Shown here: piece after piece, positions 42,127 to 56,690 of the stretch | How the letters are laid out: the number at the start of each line of letters is the position of its first letter | Numbering within the stretch: position 1 is the stretch's first letter | Made by a program: the position numbers and the translations under genes | Assembly: GCA_951406725.2 (NCBI GenBank) | Contig: OX597837.1 | Location: forward strand, 8,432,001-8,496,000 | Source: Octopus vulgaris | Taxonomy: Eukaryota | Reading direction: 5' to 3' | Length of the DNA: 64,000 nt | The notes under the pieces: model-generated | Told to the model about the DNA's origin: nothing | Seen by the model: only the letters and a program-made list of their open reading frames with translations | Database searches by the model: none

Positions 42127-42161
<35 letters not shown>

Positions 42162-42275
42162 TATTATTATTACTATTATTATTTTGTTGTTTTCTCTATT
42201 ATTATTGTTGTCTATATTTTTATCATTTTTATTATTATTATTATTATTATCATTATTTTTTTTATTATTATTGTT

Positions 42276-42334
<59 letters not shown>

Positions 42335-42940
42335 CATTATTATTATTATCAATATCATCATCATCATCATCATCATCATCGTCATTATTATTATTGTTAT
42401 TATTATTATTGTTCTTAACATTAACATTATTATCCGAGGTGTTGATGGAGCCGATATTTGACACAAAAGACATAAAACAAAATGGAAGCCAAATTCCATC
42501 AAATGACAATTAGTCGGTATTAAACAATGTGATGACGATCAATTGCTTTTTTTTTCAAATATTAAATGCTATGTTGCTTTATTTTCGCTGATTCTGTAAA
42601 TGCCGTGTTTGTTGCTGTTGTTGTCATTGCTGCTGTTATTTTCTTTTATTTTGTTACTATTTATGTTTTTTTTTTTTTTTTGTTTTTTTTGGTTACTGTA
42701 CTTATTTTTGTTTCTGTTTTGCTTGTTCTTGTTATTATTGTTGTTGTTGTTGTGGCTGCGAGGGTTAGTGATGGTATTGTTGTTGTTGTTTGTGCAAAAA
42801 TTTTAAAAATTTATATACGATGTTTTTGTCTATTGTTCTTTTTAATTCTTTATTTCAGTTTTGTTTTGTTGTTGTTCTTGTTGTTGTTACTGCTATGGTA
42901 TATGCTTCTACTGCGGATCATACAACTGTTGTTGTTGTTG

Positions 42941-42976
42941 CTCTTCTTCTTCTTCTTCTTCTTCTTCTTCTACTTC

Positions 42977-43008
<32 letters not shown>

Positions 43009-43067
43009 CTTCTTCTTCTACTTCTACTTCTTCTTCGTCTTTTACTTCTACTTCTTCTTCTTCGTCT

Positions 43068-43102
<35 letters not shown>

Positions 43103-43302
43103 TTCGTCGTCGTCGTCGTCGCCGTCTTCTTCTTCTTCTTCTTCTTGTTCGTCTTCTTCTTCTTCTTCTTCTTCTTCTTCTTCTTCTTCTTCTTCTTCTT
43201 CGTCGTCGTCGTCGTCTTCTTCTTCTTCTTCTTCTTCTTCTTGTTCGTCTTCTTCTTCTTCTTCTTCTTCTTCTTCTTCTTCTTCTTCTTCTTCTTCTTC
43301 TC
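42941..43302. repeat. (CTT)n/(CGT)n microsatellite; a second (CTT)n lies at 44681-44937
   Basis: Directly visible. Confidence 0.96.
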
Positions 43303-43732
43303 GTTCGTGTTGTTGCTGCTGATGTCATTTCTGCTGTTGTTTGTTTGCATGTTGATACCATTGATATATTTCATTCTGTGTTCCTTCACCTCAGCTTCTT
43401 ATTTTTGTTGTGGTTGCTATAATTATTATCATTGCTGTTGTTGGTGTTACAGTTGTGGTTGTTGTTGCTTGTGTTGCTGACGTTGTTTGTATTGCCGTTG
43501 TTGTCATTGCTGCTGTTGATATTTTAGTCATTGCAGCTACAGTCGTTGCTATTGCCGTTGAACGTGACACTGTCACTATTACTGTTATTTTCACTACAAC
43601 AACTATTGTTTATCTTCATGTTTTTCCTATTGAAGTTTTTTTAGCTAACTTTTATTTTATTCGTGCTTTTGCACCTGATTTGATTTCTGATCTTCTTGCT
43701 GCTATGTTTAGTGTTATTCTTATTTCTCTTAC

Positions 43733-43766
<34 letters not shown>

Positions 43767-44133
43767 GCCTCTGTCACTCTCAGTGGTTTCGCAGTAGTTG
43801 TAGCTTAGCTCATAATTTTGTAAACATTTTTTTCTCGATGGTGTATTCATGTTGTAACTGATGTCTCTGATGTTGCTTATTTTGTTGTTGTTGTCATTGA
43901 GAATTTAGATGTTGTTGTTGCTTCTGCTGTATCTTTTCTTGTCTTTGGTGTTTTTGTTGCTATTGTTGTTCTAGTTTCAGTTGTTGTTGCCGTTATTACT
44001 ACATATGTTTGTCGTTGTTACTACTGACGCTGTTTTCTTCTTTGTTATTATTATTGTTGTTATTACTCTAGCTTCTCCTATGAGCATTGGTACTGATGGT
44101 GGTGGCGTTCCTTCTGATGTTGTTGTTGCTGTT

Positions 44134-44190
<57 letters not shown>

Positions 44191-44989
44191 ATTTATGTTT
44201 AATGTCTCATGGTTTTAATTTATGTTCCAGCATCTCTGATAAAATAGATTTACATTGAAAACAAGAGAAAACAAAACGTTATTTATAATTTTTTTTCCAT
44301 ACTTAAAATAATTTAAACATTAAACGACAAATATCATAAAATAAAAAATTCAAAAAATTCTTAAAGAATAACAAGAAAACAAAAAACAAAACAAAAAAAC
44401 AAAACAATTAAACTTTCGAGACGAAACAACAAACACAAAATAATTTCAAATGGGAAATAAAATATGAAAATGAAACAAAAAAAATGCAAGTATAAACATC
44501 CACACCGCCCCCGTTGCCACCAATAAAACTAATAGATGTACTACAACAACAAAGAGCAGACAACTTACTTCACTCAACTGTGACGAACATACGAACGTAC
44601 ACAGCCACACCCACCAGCATACACACACACAAACAATCAGTCTTGTTGCAGTGACAAACATATTTTAAATTCCTATTCCATTCTTCTTCTTTTTTCTCCT
44701 TCTTCTTCTTCTTCTTCTTCTTCTTCTTCTTCTTCTTCTTCTTCTTCTTCTTCTTTTTCTTCTTCTTCTTCTTCTTCTTCTTCTTCTTCTTCTTCTTCTT
44801 CTTCTTCTTCTTCTTCTTCTTCTTCTTCTTCTTCTTCTTCTTCTTCTTCTTCTTCTTCTTCTTCTTCTTCTTCTTCTTCTTCTTCTTCTTCTTCTTCTTC
44901 TTCTTCTACTCCTCCCTCTTCTTCTTCTTCTTCTTCTGCTTCTCATCATTATTATCATCATTATTATTGTTATTATTATAATCCTTATT

Positions 44990-45133
44990 CAAGCGGTGAG
45001 CTGGCAGAAACGTTAGCACGCCAGGCGAAATGCTTAGCGGTATTTCGTCCGTCTTTACGTTCGTTCTCCGTTCAAATTCCCCCGGGGTCCACTTTGCCTT
45101 CATCCTTTCGGGATCGATGAAATATGTACCAGT
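44990..45133 (+). mobile_element. SINE family B, 5' part
   Basis: gcggtgagctggcagaaacgttagcacgcc..ctttgccttcatcctttcggg. Confidence 0.85.
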
Positions 45134-46589
45134 CAAATAGTGCGTGTCTGTTTTCTACCTTCTTCATCTTCAAGGCTCTCATCGCAACTACAGAATTTCT
45201 GAAACCACCTTCGTACAGTTCGACCACTTGTGGGCCCCTCTCCTCATGGCCTGTTGATATTGGCAGCAGTTTGGGAGGCATTGTGCCCAAGCTTGAACTC
45301 AAGCAAGAAAAGTAAGCGAAGGTCGTTTCTTGTCATGTTCATAATTAAGGGCGCCTGTGTTTCAAGAATGTTTTCTGTCTGAAATAACTAGAAAATTATT
45401 AAAGAGCATACATAAATTATTAAGTATGTCGAAATTCACCTAAATTATGATTAAAATAATATGATAAAATTACCTTTCAAAACACAACACTTAGAGTGGA
45501 CATTATTTTCGGAACAACCTAATACAAATGATTTGACTTATGCGCTGACAAGATTAACAATAGCAGCAACAAAGAGAAAGACAAGAACAACAAGAAAAAC
45601 AGTAACGACTACAAGACTAATGACATTCTATTACTAGTATGACTAACAACGATGAAGAGGCAGCGCCTATATCGTCATTGTAACTACTAGAAATAGCTGG
45701 TAAATTCAACACAATGGCCCAGCACAGGGCGAAGAAACAGACAATGTTATCTGTCAGTATCTGCAGTTTTAATTGACCAATTCACTGCTCTAAATTTAAA
45801 GAGTTCTATTAAGTAGCTACAACTGCTTCCTTTTAAGCTTCTAATCAATGTAGTTTGAGTAACCGAGAGTGTCCAAAATTTGCTGGAAGCCACTAATCTC
45901 TTCTGAGCCCTTTCATTGACTGACAACTCCTGACCTTCATGTATGTTGGAATCGGATCGCTGGCCTGTCGTGTGGAACTACTTTTTCGGCATCATGTCAA
46001 TATAGCCCCCAAAATGGTGTGTCCAATCCTGCAGTTTTTGTAATGTATTGGGTCTCGAGACTATACTGATTAACTTGATCGTTTGGTTAAAGTTTATTTC
46101 TTAAGATTAGCACGGATTAATGTGATATGAAATGATGCGGATTACTTATAATGCAAAGTGCTTAGAAACCCCACGAGCAAGCACTCTGCTTGGCATATTA
46201 GGCCCTCGACTGAAGCACTAAAATGAGGAGATCTATATGTAATTAACACATTTTAAATATCTAATTAAAAACACGAAACCACTAATGAAGAGAGCGAGGG
46301 GCGTCACACCTAGAACAAAGTGGGGTGGAGCACATGGATGTGAAGAGGTTCGTGTCTTGTTATGACAAGTCACGTGACCGGAGTGAAATATTTCAAACGC
46401 TGACTTGTAACAGATTTGTTCAGTGATATGTATCATCATAAAACTAAATTATGATCTTAGTTTATGATTATGAATTTTGATAAAAAAAACCATAAATTTT
46501 TCATTTGAAGCTTAATTATAAATTTTCAACGAGATTTTCCTCCTGGCGTAGCGGTGGGAATGGCTGTAGAATCATATAATTAGTACTTG

Positions 46590-48100
46590 TTTCTGTCATT
46601 GAACTGCGGACATACTGGACACGGTCTTAGACTGGAACAAAAATGAAGACGCTGGCTCTCATTATTGCACTAGATGTGGGTGGACTCTGTAAGGTTGGCC
46701 TGGCTCACTGAATACTCTTCAACGATCAGAAACTACACCACTCTGGATTCGAGCCGGCAAGTGCTAAGCTAACTCAATATGAGCATACGAGGGAGATACA
46801 ATGAATAGTGCTTATTCAATGCAACTCGTGTCTGGAAAACTTGAGACGTTAGATGATCTGTTAAATTGTTTAAGTTTGGGCCTAATGTATTCTGGGAATC
46901 GGAGACTCTATGCACGGGAAATTCTCGCTCAAAATTAAACTGAATGGAAAACTTAGTGAATAGGATAAATGTATACATCGTTGCAGTTATGTATTACTTG
47001 TTAATACAGTAAACTGTATTACTCGTAATACAGTTATGTATTACGAGGCGCAAGAGCGGCTGTGTGGTAAGTAGCTTGCTTACCAACCACATGGTTCCGG
47101 GTTCAGTCCTACTGCGTGGCACCTTGGGCGAGTGTCTGCTACTATAGCCTCGGGCCGACCAAAGCCTTGTCAGTGGATTTAGTAGACGGAAACTGAAAAG
47201 AAGCCATCGTATATATGTGTATATATATATATATGCGTGTGTGTGTTTGTGTGTCTGTGTTTGTCGTCCTAGTATTGATTAACAACCGATGCTGGTGTGT
47301 TTATGTCCCCGTTACTTAGCGGTTCGGCAAAAGAGACCGATAGAATAAGCACTGGGCTTACAAAAGAACAAGTCCCGGGGTCGATTTGCTCGATTAAAGG
47401 CGGTGCTCCAGCATGGCTGCAGTCAAATGACTGAAACAAGTAAAAGAGTAAAAGAGAGAGTAGGCCATGGACACAGTGTCTCAAAAGGTTTCTGACAAAA
47501 TTTGAGCACTTACGCTCTGCATCTTTTTTATTGTGGTAGTCTCAGATATCGTTCGGTAGGAAGCTAGTCTTCTCGCAGCAACCACTTCACGAGGGTTTTA
47601 GCATATACTATGTCGATGTGTAGATTTGTAATAAAGTTACAAATCTTGATAGACTCAAAACATGTGAAGAATGATTTTGCTTGACCCATGTTCTTGACAA
47701 AACTACAGTTTTTGAAAGAGTTCAGATTGAATATAGGCTATTAAGATCTGGTGAGTTGTTAAGCATTCATAGCTGTCAGCTACCTGCGCATTCTGGAATC
47801 TACAGGCGTTGATGTATTGGGGTGGCTCCTTTGGCTATCAATGAAGAGACATACAACAGCAGATTCTGAACCAGATACATATTGGACATTATAGCCAGCT
47901 TAGAGTAACATATAATTTACGTACTAGTTGTAATTTAGCGTGGGGGTCTACTCCCTGTACTTTACAAGATTATAGACATGGTAGTTTGAATAACATGGGA
48001 TGTCTACCAGTTGTTGAGATTCACAGATCTCTCCTAAAACCTTTCATCCTATATTATTCATCCACCGACATACAGATCTAAATCGGATGGCTACTGCGCA
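46590..48100 (+). pseudogene. Possible heavily degraded LINE with RT and RNase H remnants, interrupted by a SINE
   Basis: Only short motif-like pieces: IIALDVG..KV (~46661), QILIDSK (~47640) and QLPAHSGI (~47777; compare RNase H W.PAH.GI). Weak. Confidence 0.35.
47047..47456 (+). mobile_element. SINE family A, full length (reference copy in this window)
   Basis: tRNA-like head with B box ggttcagtcc, CORE-like accttgggcgagt, internal TA/TG tract, LINE-like tail ggcggtgctccagcatggc..gaaacaagtaaaagag. Confidence 0.92.
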
Positions 48101-48665
48101 ATAAGGAACTAATTCCGTTGTCCGCAGGACCAACAGTGAAGTCACTACTTCTAACAAAATTTCTGTAACAATATTTTTGCTTCATATCTGTGGATGAAGA
48201 AGTATTTTAGTGGACGAAACTGACAGGATCGTGTATACGCCTTTCATTTCAAGAGATGCCTCCTAACCGTTTCCTTCTAACAGTCTTCGGCAGAGAGAAA
48301 GAAAGAGAGAAAAAGAAATGGGGAGAAAGTGAAGGAAAAAGAGAAAAAAGAAACAATGAAAAATTTCATTATTGTGAGACATACGATCATGAAAATGATA
48401 AGTATTCAATATGTGGCTTTGTCAATTCCTATTTTCCAATACACAATGAAATGAATAGGGGGCTTCCACCTATGAAGAATTTGCCTGGTAGATTCTCTGT
48501 ACATAGCAATCTTTTGGGTGATTCTGTCAAACGGGAAAATCATACGTTTTGTAACATAATTATACACTTTGAAAATGTCTATTATAAAGAAGACGTAACA
48601 CCTTCGCCTTTTTTGATTGGTCGTTGTCCTGTCTCATCGTTCCGATCCTTATGGCTAATAAAGAA

Positions 48666-48739
<74 letters not shown>

Positions 48740-48876
48740 GTTAATGTCATTTTTTTAAAGGTAGATTAAGACGTCGACAAGGAATATAATAATTCAGCAA
48801 AAATCACATTTGTTAAACAACCTGAAATAAACAAAATATTAGCAATAGCTACGATGATAATAATAATAATAATGAT

Positions 48877-48932
<56 letters not shown>

Positions 48933-49165
48933 TAATAATAATAACAATAATAATAATTATAATGATAATAAAAATAATAATGATAATAGTTGTTCTAAAT
49001 AATGATAATAATGAACATATAAAGATAATAATAACTATAACAACAACAATAATAACATTATTAATAATAACGATGATATTTTGTGGATATAAATGAAACA
49101 AAACATTAAACACTTCATTATTTTTTATCCATTTATTATTATTACTATCATTATTATTATCATTA

Positions 49166-49223
<58 letters not shown>

Positions 49224-49228
49224 TATTA

Positions 49229-49283
<55 letters not shown>

Positions 49284-49318
49284 TATTATCATTATTATTA
49301 TTATTATTATTATTATTG

Positions 49319-49361
<43 letters not shown>

Positions 49362-49706
49362 CATTATTATTATTATTATTATAATTTTATTATTATTATT
49401 ATTATTATTATTTATTATTATTATTTATTTTATTTTCGCAAGACAATCTATTAGAATTTTCGCCAGAATTTATAACTTCCTGTGTTCATAGAAAACAAGC
49501 GGAACGAAAAACAAAACGAAAAAAATATAAAATGAACGAAAGAACGCAATAATTTATTTTTATTCTACTCATTATTTTTTATTCTTTTAATTTCTATCAC
49601 TTTTATTGTTGTCAGTGTTGTAGCTGTTGTTTTGTTATTGTTATTGTTATTGTTGTTACTACCCTCATCATGGTAATGGCCAACGTTATTTTTATTATTA
49701 TTATAA

Positions 49707-49794
<88 letters not shown>

Positions 49795-49840
49795 GTTGTT
49801 GTTGTTATCATTATTATTATTATTATTATTATCATTGTTA

Positions 49841-49878
<38 letters not shown>

Positions 49879-49888
49879 GTTGTTGTTG

Positions 49889-49919
<31 letters not shown>

Positions 49920-50439
49920 CATCATTATTATTATTATTATTATTATTGGCTCTGTTGTTTTTGGTGCCGATGTTTTTTATTACAAATATGGCTGTCGTTG
50001 TTGTTGATATTTGTTGTAGCTGTTTTTTTAATTTTTTGTCATTGATAGTATTAATGCGGGGAAGTGAATCTTTGAGAGAGAAACAGAGAGACAGAGAAAG
50101 AAGGATAGAGAAAGACACGGAGATATAAAGACACTCAAGGAGAAGAATGAAAGAGAAAAAAAACGATATATATATATATATATATACACAGGGATACACA
50201 CGTAGGTTGAAAGAAAGAGAGGCAAAGACAGTTAAGGAGGAAGAAAGTATGTGATTATTGTACGGATATTCAATACGAAATTTGTCGTTTGAAGTAGGAT
50301 CATGATGTCGCTTAGTAGCATGGGGGTAAATACGATAGTAGCGTCTAAAGATGTCTGTTTTTTGTATAATGGTTAGGACGAGCAGAAAAAGTATTAGTCC
50401 TGGTAATTACCAATGGTTTTGTTGATGGCACTTTTAGCG

Positions 50440-50507
50440 TTAGTGGTTCTGTCTGGACAGCGGCATACTATTGCGATAGTCGGTCATGGCAAGGGTGTAG
50501 GCGTGTC
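50440..50507 (-). CDS. Candidate terminal coding exon of an unidentified host gene
   Basis: rc: tgtttgcag|GA CAC GCC TAC ACC CTT GCC ATG ACC GAC TAT CGC AAT AGT ATG CCG CTG TCC AGA CAG AAC CAC TAA = HAYTLAMTDYRNSMPLSRQNH*. Acceptor site and GC-rich third positions in an AT-rich setting. No upstream exon found. Confidence 0.3.
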
Positions 50508-50807
50508 CTGCAAACACAGTTATAATACAACATGCTATTTTGCTTGCTCAAATAGTATGTGTTAACATACTCACAAACACACATGCGCAAAAGCACGAAC
50601 ATAAACACACACGCATGCACCCCCCATACATGGTGTATACATTTCTATGCACATATATATGAATATTAAAAATCTGTCTATAACTCTGATTGGCTCTCTC
50701 TCTCTTCTCTCTCTCTCTACTTACACACATACACACACACATATATATATGTATATATATGTAGAGAGAGAGAGAGAGAGAGAGAAGCAGACAGATGTAA
50801 TGTGTAC

Positions 50808-50884
<77 letters not shown>

Positions 50885-50885
<1 letters not shown>

Positions 50886-51083
50886 TTTATTTAAAGCAGC
50901 AGAAAATTCAACGAAACCTGTTACTCTAAGTTTCCCGTTGCCGTTCGTCGGAGAGTTTTTAAACGGCAACGGGAAACTGAGAGTAACAGGTTTCTGCTGC
51001 TTTAAATAAAGCATATTACTCTACCACTGGTATTTGAGTACTCTTTTTTCCACCTTGTTTCACATTTATGTGTTTACTCCGGT
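50885..51083. mobile_element. Short inverted-arm element in (TA)n with an ultra-minimal hammerhead-like motif
   Basis: 50885-50945 is inverted relative to 50962-51011. rc of 50923-50956 is actct-CCGACGA-a-CG-gcaa-CG-g-GAAA-CTT-agagt. Confidence 0.6.
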
Positions 51084-51112
51084 ATATGTATATATATGTA
51101 TATATATATGTT

Positions 51113-51182
<70 letters not shown>

Positions 51183-51185
51183 TAT

Positions 51186-51280
51186 TACGTTTCTAGTCTA
51201 CGCTCTTCTACAGAAAGGGACACAGAAATAACAAGAAGAGAAACAAGGAGAGAAAAAATGTAGTAGCTAACGATCTATCA
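51186..51280 (-). mobile_element. Fragment related to the short HHR family, CUGUAGA core variant
   Basis: rc: ttt-CTGTAGA-a-GAGC-gta-gacta-GAAA-C-GTA, then (TA)n. Confidence 0.5.
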
Positions 51281-51358
51281 TATCTATATATGTGTATGTG
51301 TATCTACGTATGTATTTATGTATGTATATAACTATTTATGTATGTGTATATATGTATC

Positions 51359-51494
<136 letters not shown>

Positions 51495-51802
51495 TATTTA
51501 TAGGCCGTTACGAGGTTAGGTTTCTAGAGGAATAAAAGGGATTCGAAATCAAATCCCCTATGTAATTGCTGGTGCTATTTTATGGGAGAACGAAAAGGAC
51601 TTATGATTCTATATCAGATCTTGAAGTAGTTTTTGCAATCACCTTGCTTCTGTTTCTCAAGTGATATTAAATTAGAGAAACTTATCGAACAGGCGTATGT
51701 CACGTTAATCCATTGACTTACGCATGTCTCATATGAGGCACGTATCATGCGAGGAGATAAAGCAACCATCACAAGAAGAATCCGTATTCTGGTCGTCATC
51801 GA

Positions 51803-51843
<41 letters not shown>

Positions 51844-51929
51844 GCCCGATATCTAGGCGTATAAATACATATATGTATGCATACATACATACATACATGC
51901 ATATATATATGCATATATATCTATATCTA

Positions 51930-51966
<37 letters not shown>

Positions 51967-52022
51967 CTCTGTATATATATATACATACATATATACATAT
52001 ACGTATATATATGTATATGCAT

Positions 52023-52071
<49 letters not shown>

Positions 52072-53413
52072 GCATATATACATATGTGTACATATATATA
52101 TATATGGATATATATATGAATTTATATATGTGTGTGCATATGTATATATATATATGCATATGTATAAATATATTTATATATATCCATATATATATCCATA
52201 TATATATATATATATATCCATATATCTATATATATATCAAGTTATGTCTCTATGTACGTATTTATGTGTGTGTGTGCATGTGTAATGTGTATGTGAAGGT
52301 GAAAACTACCTTTGTAACACCTTAATGTTGATTAACCAATCAAACATAAGTTGTTTTAGCTTTCATGTATCCCAAATGCATTGCCTTATCTTTACGTGAT
52401 ACTCTCCTGCTTCAGTTAATTTCGAGATCACCTTTGATTGCATGTATATACATCCATATATATATATATATAAATTCACACGTACTTACACACCTATATG
52501 TTTATGTGTGTCTACGTGTGTCTGTGTGAGTGTGCGTATGTGTATATATGTTTGTGTGTGTGTGGTAGAATTGAGGGATATATATGCATTTCGATTCTAC
52601 GTTAGATCTATTTACACGGAGCAGCTAATTCCTTTAAGCCACACACGCAGACACATACATACACACACACACGCCTACACACATACACACATACACACAC
52701 ATGTACACAAAGACATGCCCGCACGAGCAAACGTAAGACATATATACATCCATGTATGTATATAAACAAACACGCACAAACACACATGTATATATATATG
52801 TATATATATATATATATATACATATAAGTGTGTTTATATGTGTGTTTGTGTGTTTGGATGTGTATTCTTGATATTTGAATAGCTTCAAGGAAGCATTAAA
52901 GAAATAGCATGAAGTTAGAAGTCCGTATTAAAGTCTTCTATTAAGGGAGAAGAGCGCGGCAGACATTACTGTGCAATCGTTTTTGACCAATAAATAAACT
53001 CATAGTTTCTGACTCATTTCCGTCTTGTGGACATACTTTAAAGCCTCTCAGAATCCTAATAATATCCACCGCATCTGCAAATACACAATCGGTCACTGAT
53101 CCTCGCAAATCAAAATCAAGTGAGTTTTAATATCAACTCAGAGAGTAATTTTGTCATATAAACATCAAAGTTTTTAGTACGAATATATTAAACACGTGAT
53201 TGTATTTTCTTGGTGATGTAAACGTAAATAGTAGGCGTAATGCATTTTAGCTAAATGTGCTTATTTTGTAGAATATATTTGCCTGCTAAAGAATGGTGTT
53301 GCTGTTGTTTTTAGCCCCCGGAAGATATCTCCTCAAACCGGCTAACGACAAACTATGTCTGATTAGTATTAGCGAGAGGTGGTCATCGATCCCATCTCTA
53401 TCTTTATGTGATA

Positions 53414-53458
53414 CACACAGACCCGGACTTCTGGTTAGTCACCCGTCTTCAGTGTGTG
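53414..53458 (-). ncRNA. Degenerate hammerhead-like motif
   Basis: rc: cacaca-CTGAAGA-cgggtgactaacca-GAAG-T-CCGG-GTC-tgtgtg. GAAA is changed to GAAG, stem II is weak and stem I is CA-repeat. Confidence 0.45.
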
Positions 53459-53646
53459 ATAATCACCACCTAGTGGTGAAAACGAATTGCACTCACAAAA
53501 TAATATATGCTTTTTCCAGCGACAGACTGTCGCTGATCTCGAAAAAGGAGAAATAAGCTATATTAAATCTCTGTGACATCGAAACTCATTTCTACAGCTG
53601 AGTGAACTGGAGCAACGTGAAATAAAGTGTAGGCTCAAGAAAACAA

Positions 53647-53735
<89 letters not shown>

Positions 53736-53777
53736 ATCTATATATATATAGATAGATAGATAGATAGATATTACTTT

Positions 53778-54098
53778 ATATAATTAGGGTTCAGCAAAAA
53801 TGATTTACTTTACCACACACCGAACTTTTAGAAATAGCAGCCAAAAAATTTAGCTATTTCCCCTACTATAAGAAGAGTCTCCCAGACAATGTATACTAAA
53901 AAAACAATTCACGTAGGCATAGAGGGAAAAATAAAACGAAAGATCACTCGTAAATCGATTACTTGAGAACGCGTTTCTGGGTTAGTTAGATATAGAGACG
54001 CTAGAAATACATATCTATTCCAACAATCCTGGTCCTTTTACATACTGAACACTGCTTGGTAAAATTATTAATTAATTAATTTTAGCCTTATTATTATC
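53778..54098. mobile_element. Diverged relative of the 596-bp HHR element, with inversion
   Basis: rc of 53780-53883 matches 40445-40540 (gaaatagct..gctgctatttcta..ttcggt.tgtggtaa..ttgct.aaccct). Plus-strand 54035-54098 matches 39981-40053. Only the 3' half of an HHR (GAAACGCGTT) remains. Confidence 0.72.
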
Positions 54099-54180
54099 AT
54101 ATATATATATAGGTAGAGAGAAATACATATGTATGTAGTATATATGAGTGTGTGTATATGTATGCATGTATATATGTATG

Positions 54181-54212
<32 letters not shown>

Positions 54213-54214
54213 AA

Positions 54215-54653
<439 letters not shown>

Positions 54654-55365
54654 GTGCATATATCATGCATGTATTACACAACACATGTTTATGTATGTCG
54701 CGACAAGGTAGAATAAAGTTCGATGTCAGTGCATGGAATATTAATGAAGTGCGTTCTGCTGCTGCCTCGAATCGAAATATGAATTTTGTCTATGAATCTG
54801 TCGTTGTAATTCTGCTTATGTTTACACTGCTGTTTTGATGCTTCGCTCTCTTTTATCACTCGTAAGCAGATCGATGAAATGGAAAGAGAATGAAACAAAT
54901 ACTCGGGGCGAATTGATCGATTCAGCTACGGCTGAAGTGATTGTATTGAGTGAATAGATATCTAGCTGTATACATACGTACACGCACACATACACATACA
55001 CATTGGCACATATACTCAGCCACATATTCTTTTGTATATGCCTGTGTATATATGTATGTGCGTATCTGTGTCTGCATGTTAGTGCGTTGGATATGAATCC
55101 AACTCCCGTCTTAGCTGTATCAGCGAGATTGTATACAAATATGACTGTCGATATATCTTGATTTTTAATTTTTTCGTTATCCGAAGCATCTAACTCTTCT
55201 ATATATAAAACAAATTATTTGTGGTCGTTGTTGATTCATTTGCTAATTCGTTGATTGTTCTTTTCATGAGTCGTATAAACTCAAAATTGTCGCTTGCTGT
55301 GATTCAGTTCGATATTTGAGTTGTTATCTGTATATTTTGTTCGTATTATATTTACTATTGTAGTT

Positions 55366-55555
55366 AAGGCAGTGAGCTGGCAGAAACGTTAGCAAGCCGG
55401 GCAAAATGCTTAGTGGCATTTCGTCTGCTTTCACGTCCTGAGTTCAAATTCCGCCGACCTCGACTTTGCCTTTCATGCTTTCATCGTCAATAAATTAAGT
55501 ACCAGTTGCGTACTGGAGTCGATCAAATCGACTGGCTCCCTGCCCAAAAATGTCA
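55366..55555 (+). mobile_element. SINE family B
   Basis: ggcagtgagctggcagaaacgttagc..gactttgcctttcat..taagtaccagttgcgtactgg. Confidence 0.85.
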
Positions 55556-56412
55556 AGCTTTGCGTCTAGAGTGGAAAAGATTCTTTTTTATTACTGTAGT
55601 GTCATCGTTTTCATTTCTCTCCTCAGTGTCCGTTCGGTCTCTGTTAATTTCGGTGTCATCATCAATATCAAATTGCTTATTCTCCGCAGTATTCCGTTGG
55701 TTAATACAATAAATTATTGGGCGTCTGTTTATTGTATAAATATAAGCTGTTTATGTATATTACGTTACTGTTTGCTGTAATTGTTTTATTTGTTAACTAT
55801 TTTCTGTGAGCCGGTAGAAAAATTCCTTTATATCTACCTATCAATTACACCCACATATCCTGTTTTGCTGAGAATTTTGAAATATTAAACTTTCTTCATT
55901 GGCCGGTACACCTATTATCTATCTGAAATTGTTTCTGTCTCTAAGTTTTTGCTTGCTACTTCATTTGTTGTGAAGTTTCTGCTTCTCAAAAGACCGAAAT
56001 CGTGTCCTGTTTTACGGAATCAGAAAACCGCAAAAGAGTGCGTGCAAGGATTGTTTTGCGACATACTGTAAAAATATATATATATATATATTAAGTAAAA
56101 CGAAATGAAAATTTCAGCGAAATATATCTGGTGACGTGGTTTCACAAAATGGAAAATATAATAAAATTAAGTTTGCTTTTAGCCTAGGTTTCTTACTAAT
56201 ATCTGTTTGCGACTGGTCTAGGTAGATGGCGTCTCACGGTAATGGACAACGGCAATAGATTTCTTTTTTTTTTTTTGAAAATGGTAATTTTCCGCAAAAA
56301 CTTTTAAAAGTGTAGTTTATTTACATTACTGAACGCATAACTGTTTTCGTAAATGTAAACAGTGTATATGTAACCATATACATAAATACATACATACATA
56401 TATACACACATA

Positions 56413-56477
<65 letters not shown>

Positions 56478-56617
56478 GTATATATCAATATATACATACA
56501 TATATATAAATATATATATACATTTATATATACATACATATACATATATATAACTATATATATATATATATATACATATATATATGTATGTATATATAAA
56601 TATATATATATATATAT

Positions 56618-56690
<73 letters not shown>

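Noticed and set aside
45175-45316. Possible plus-strand exon ALIATTEFLKPPSYSS... ending at gtaagc
   Set aside because: No recognisable domain. It lies among degraded transposon sequence, and the evidence is insufficient.
48256-48744. 162-aa ORF
   Set aside because: Composite of a purine tract, AT-rich unique sequence and (TAT)n, with no protein features.
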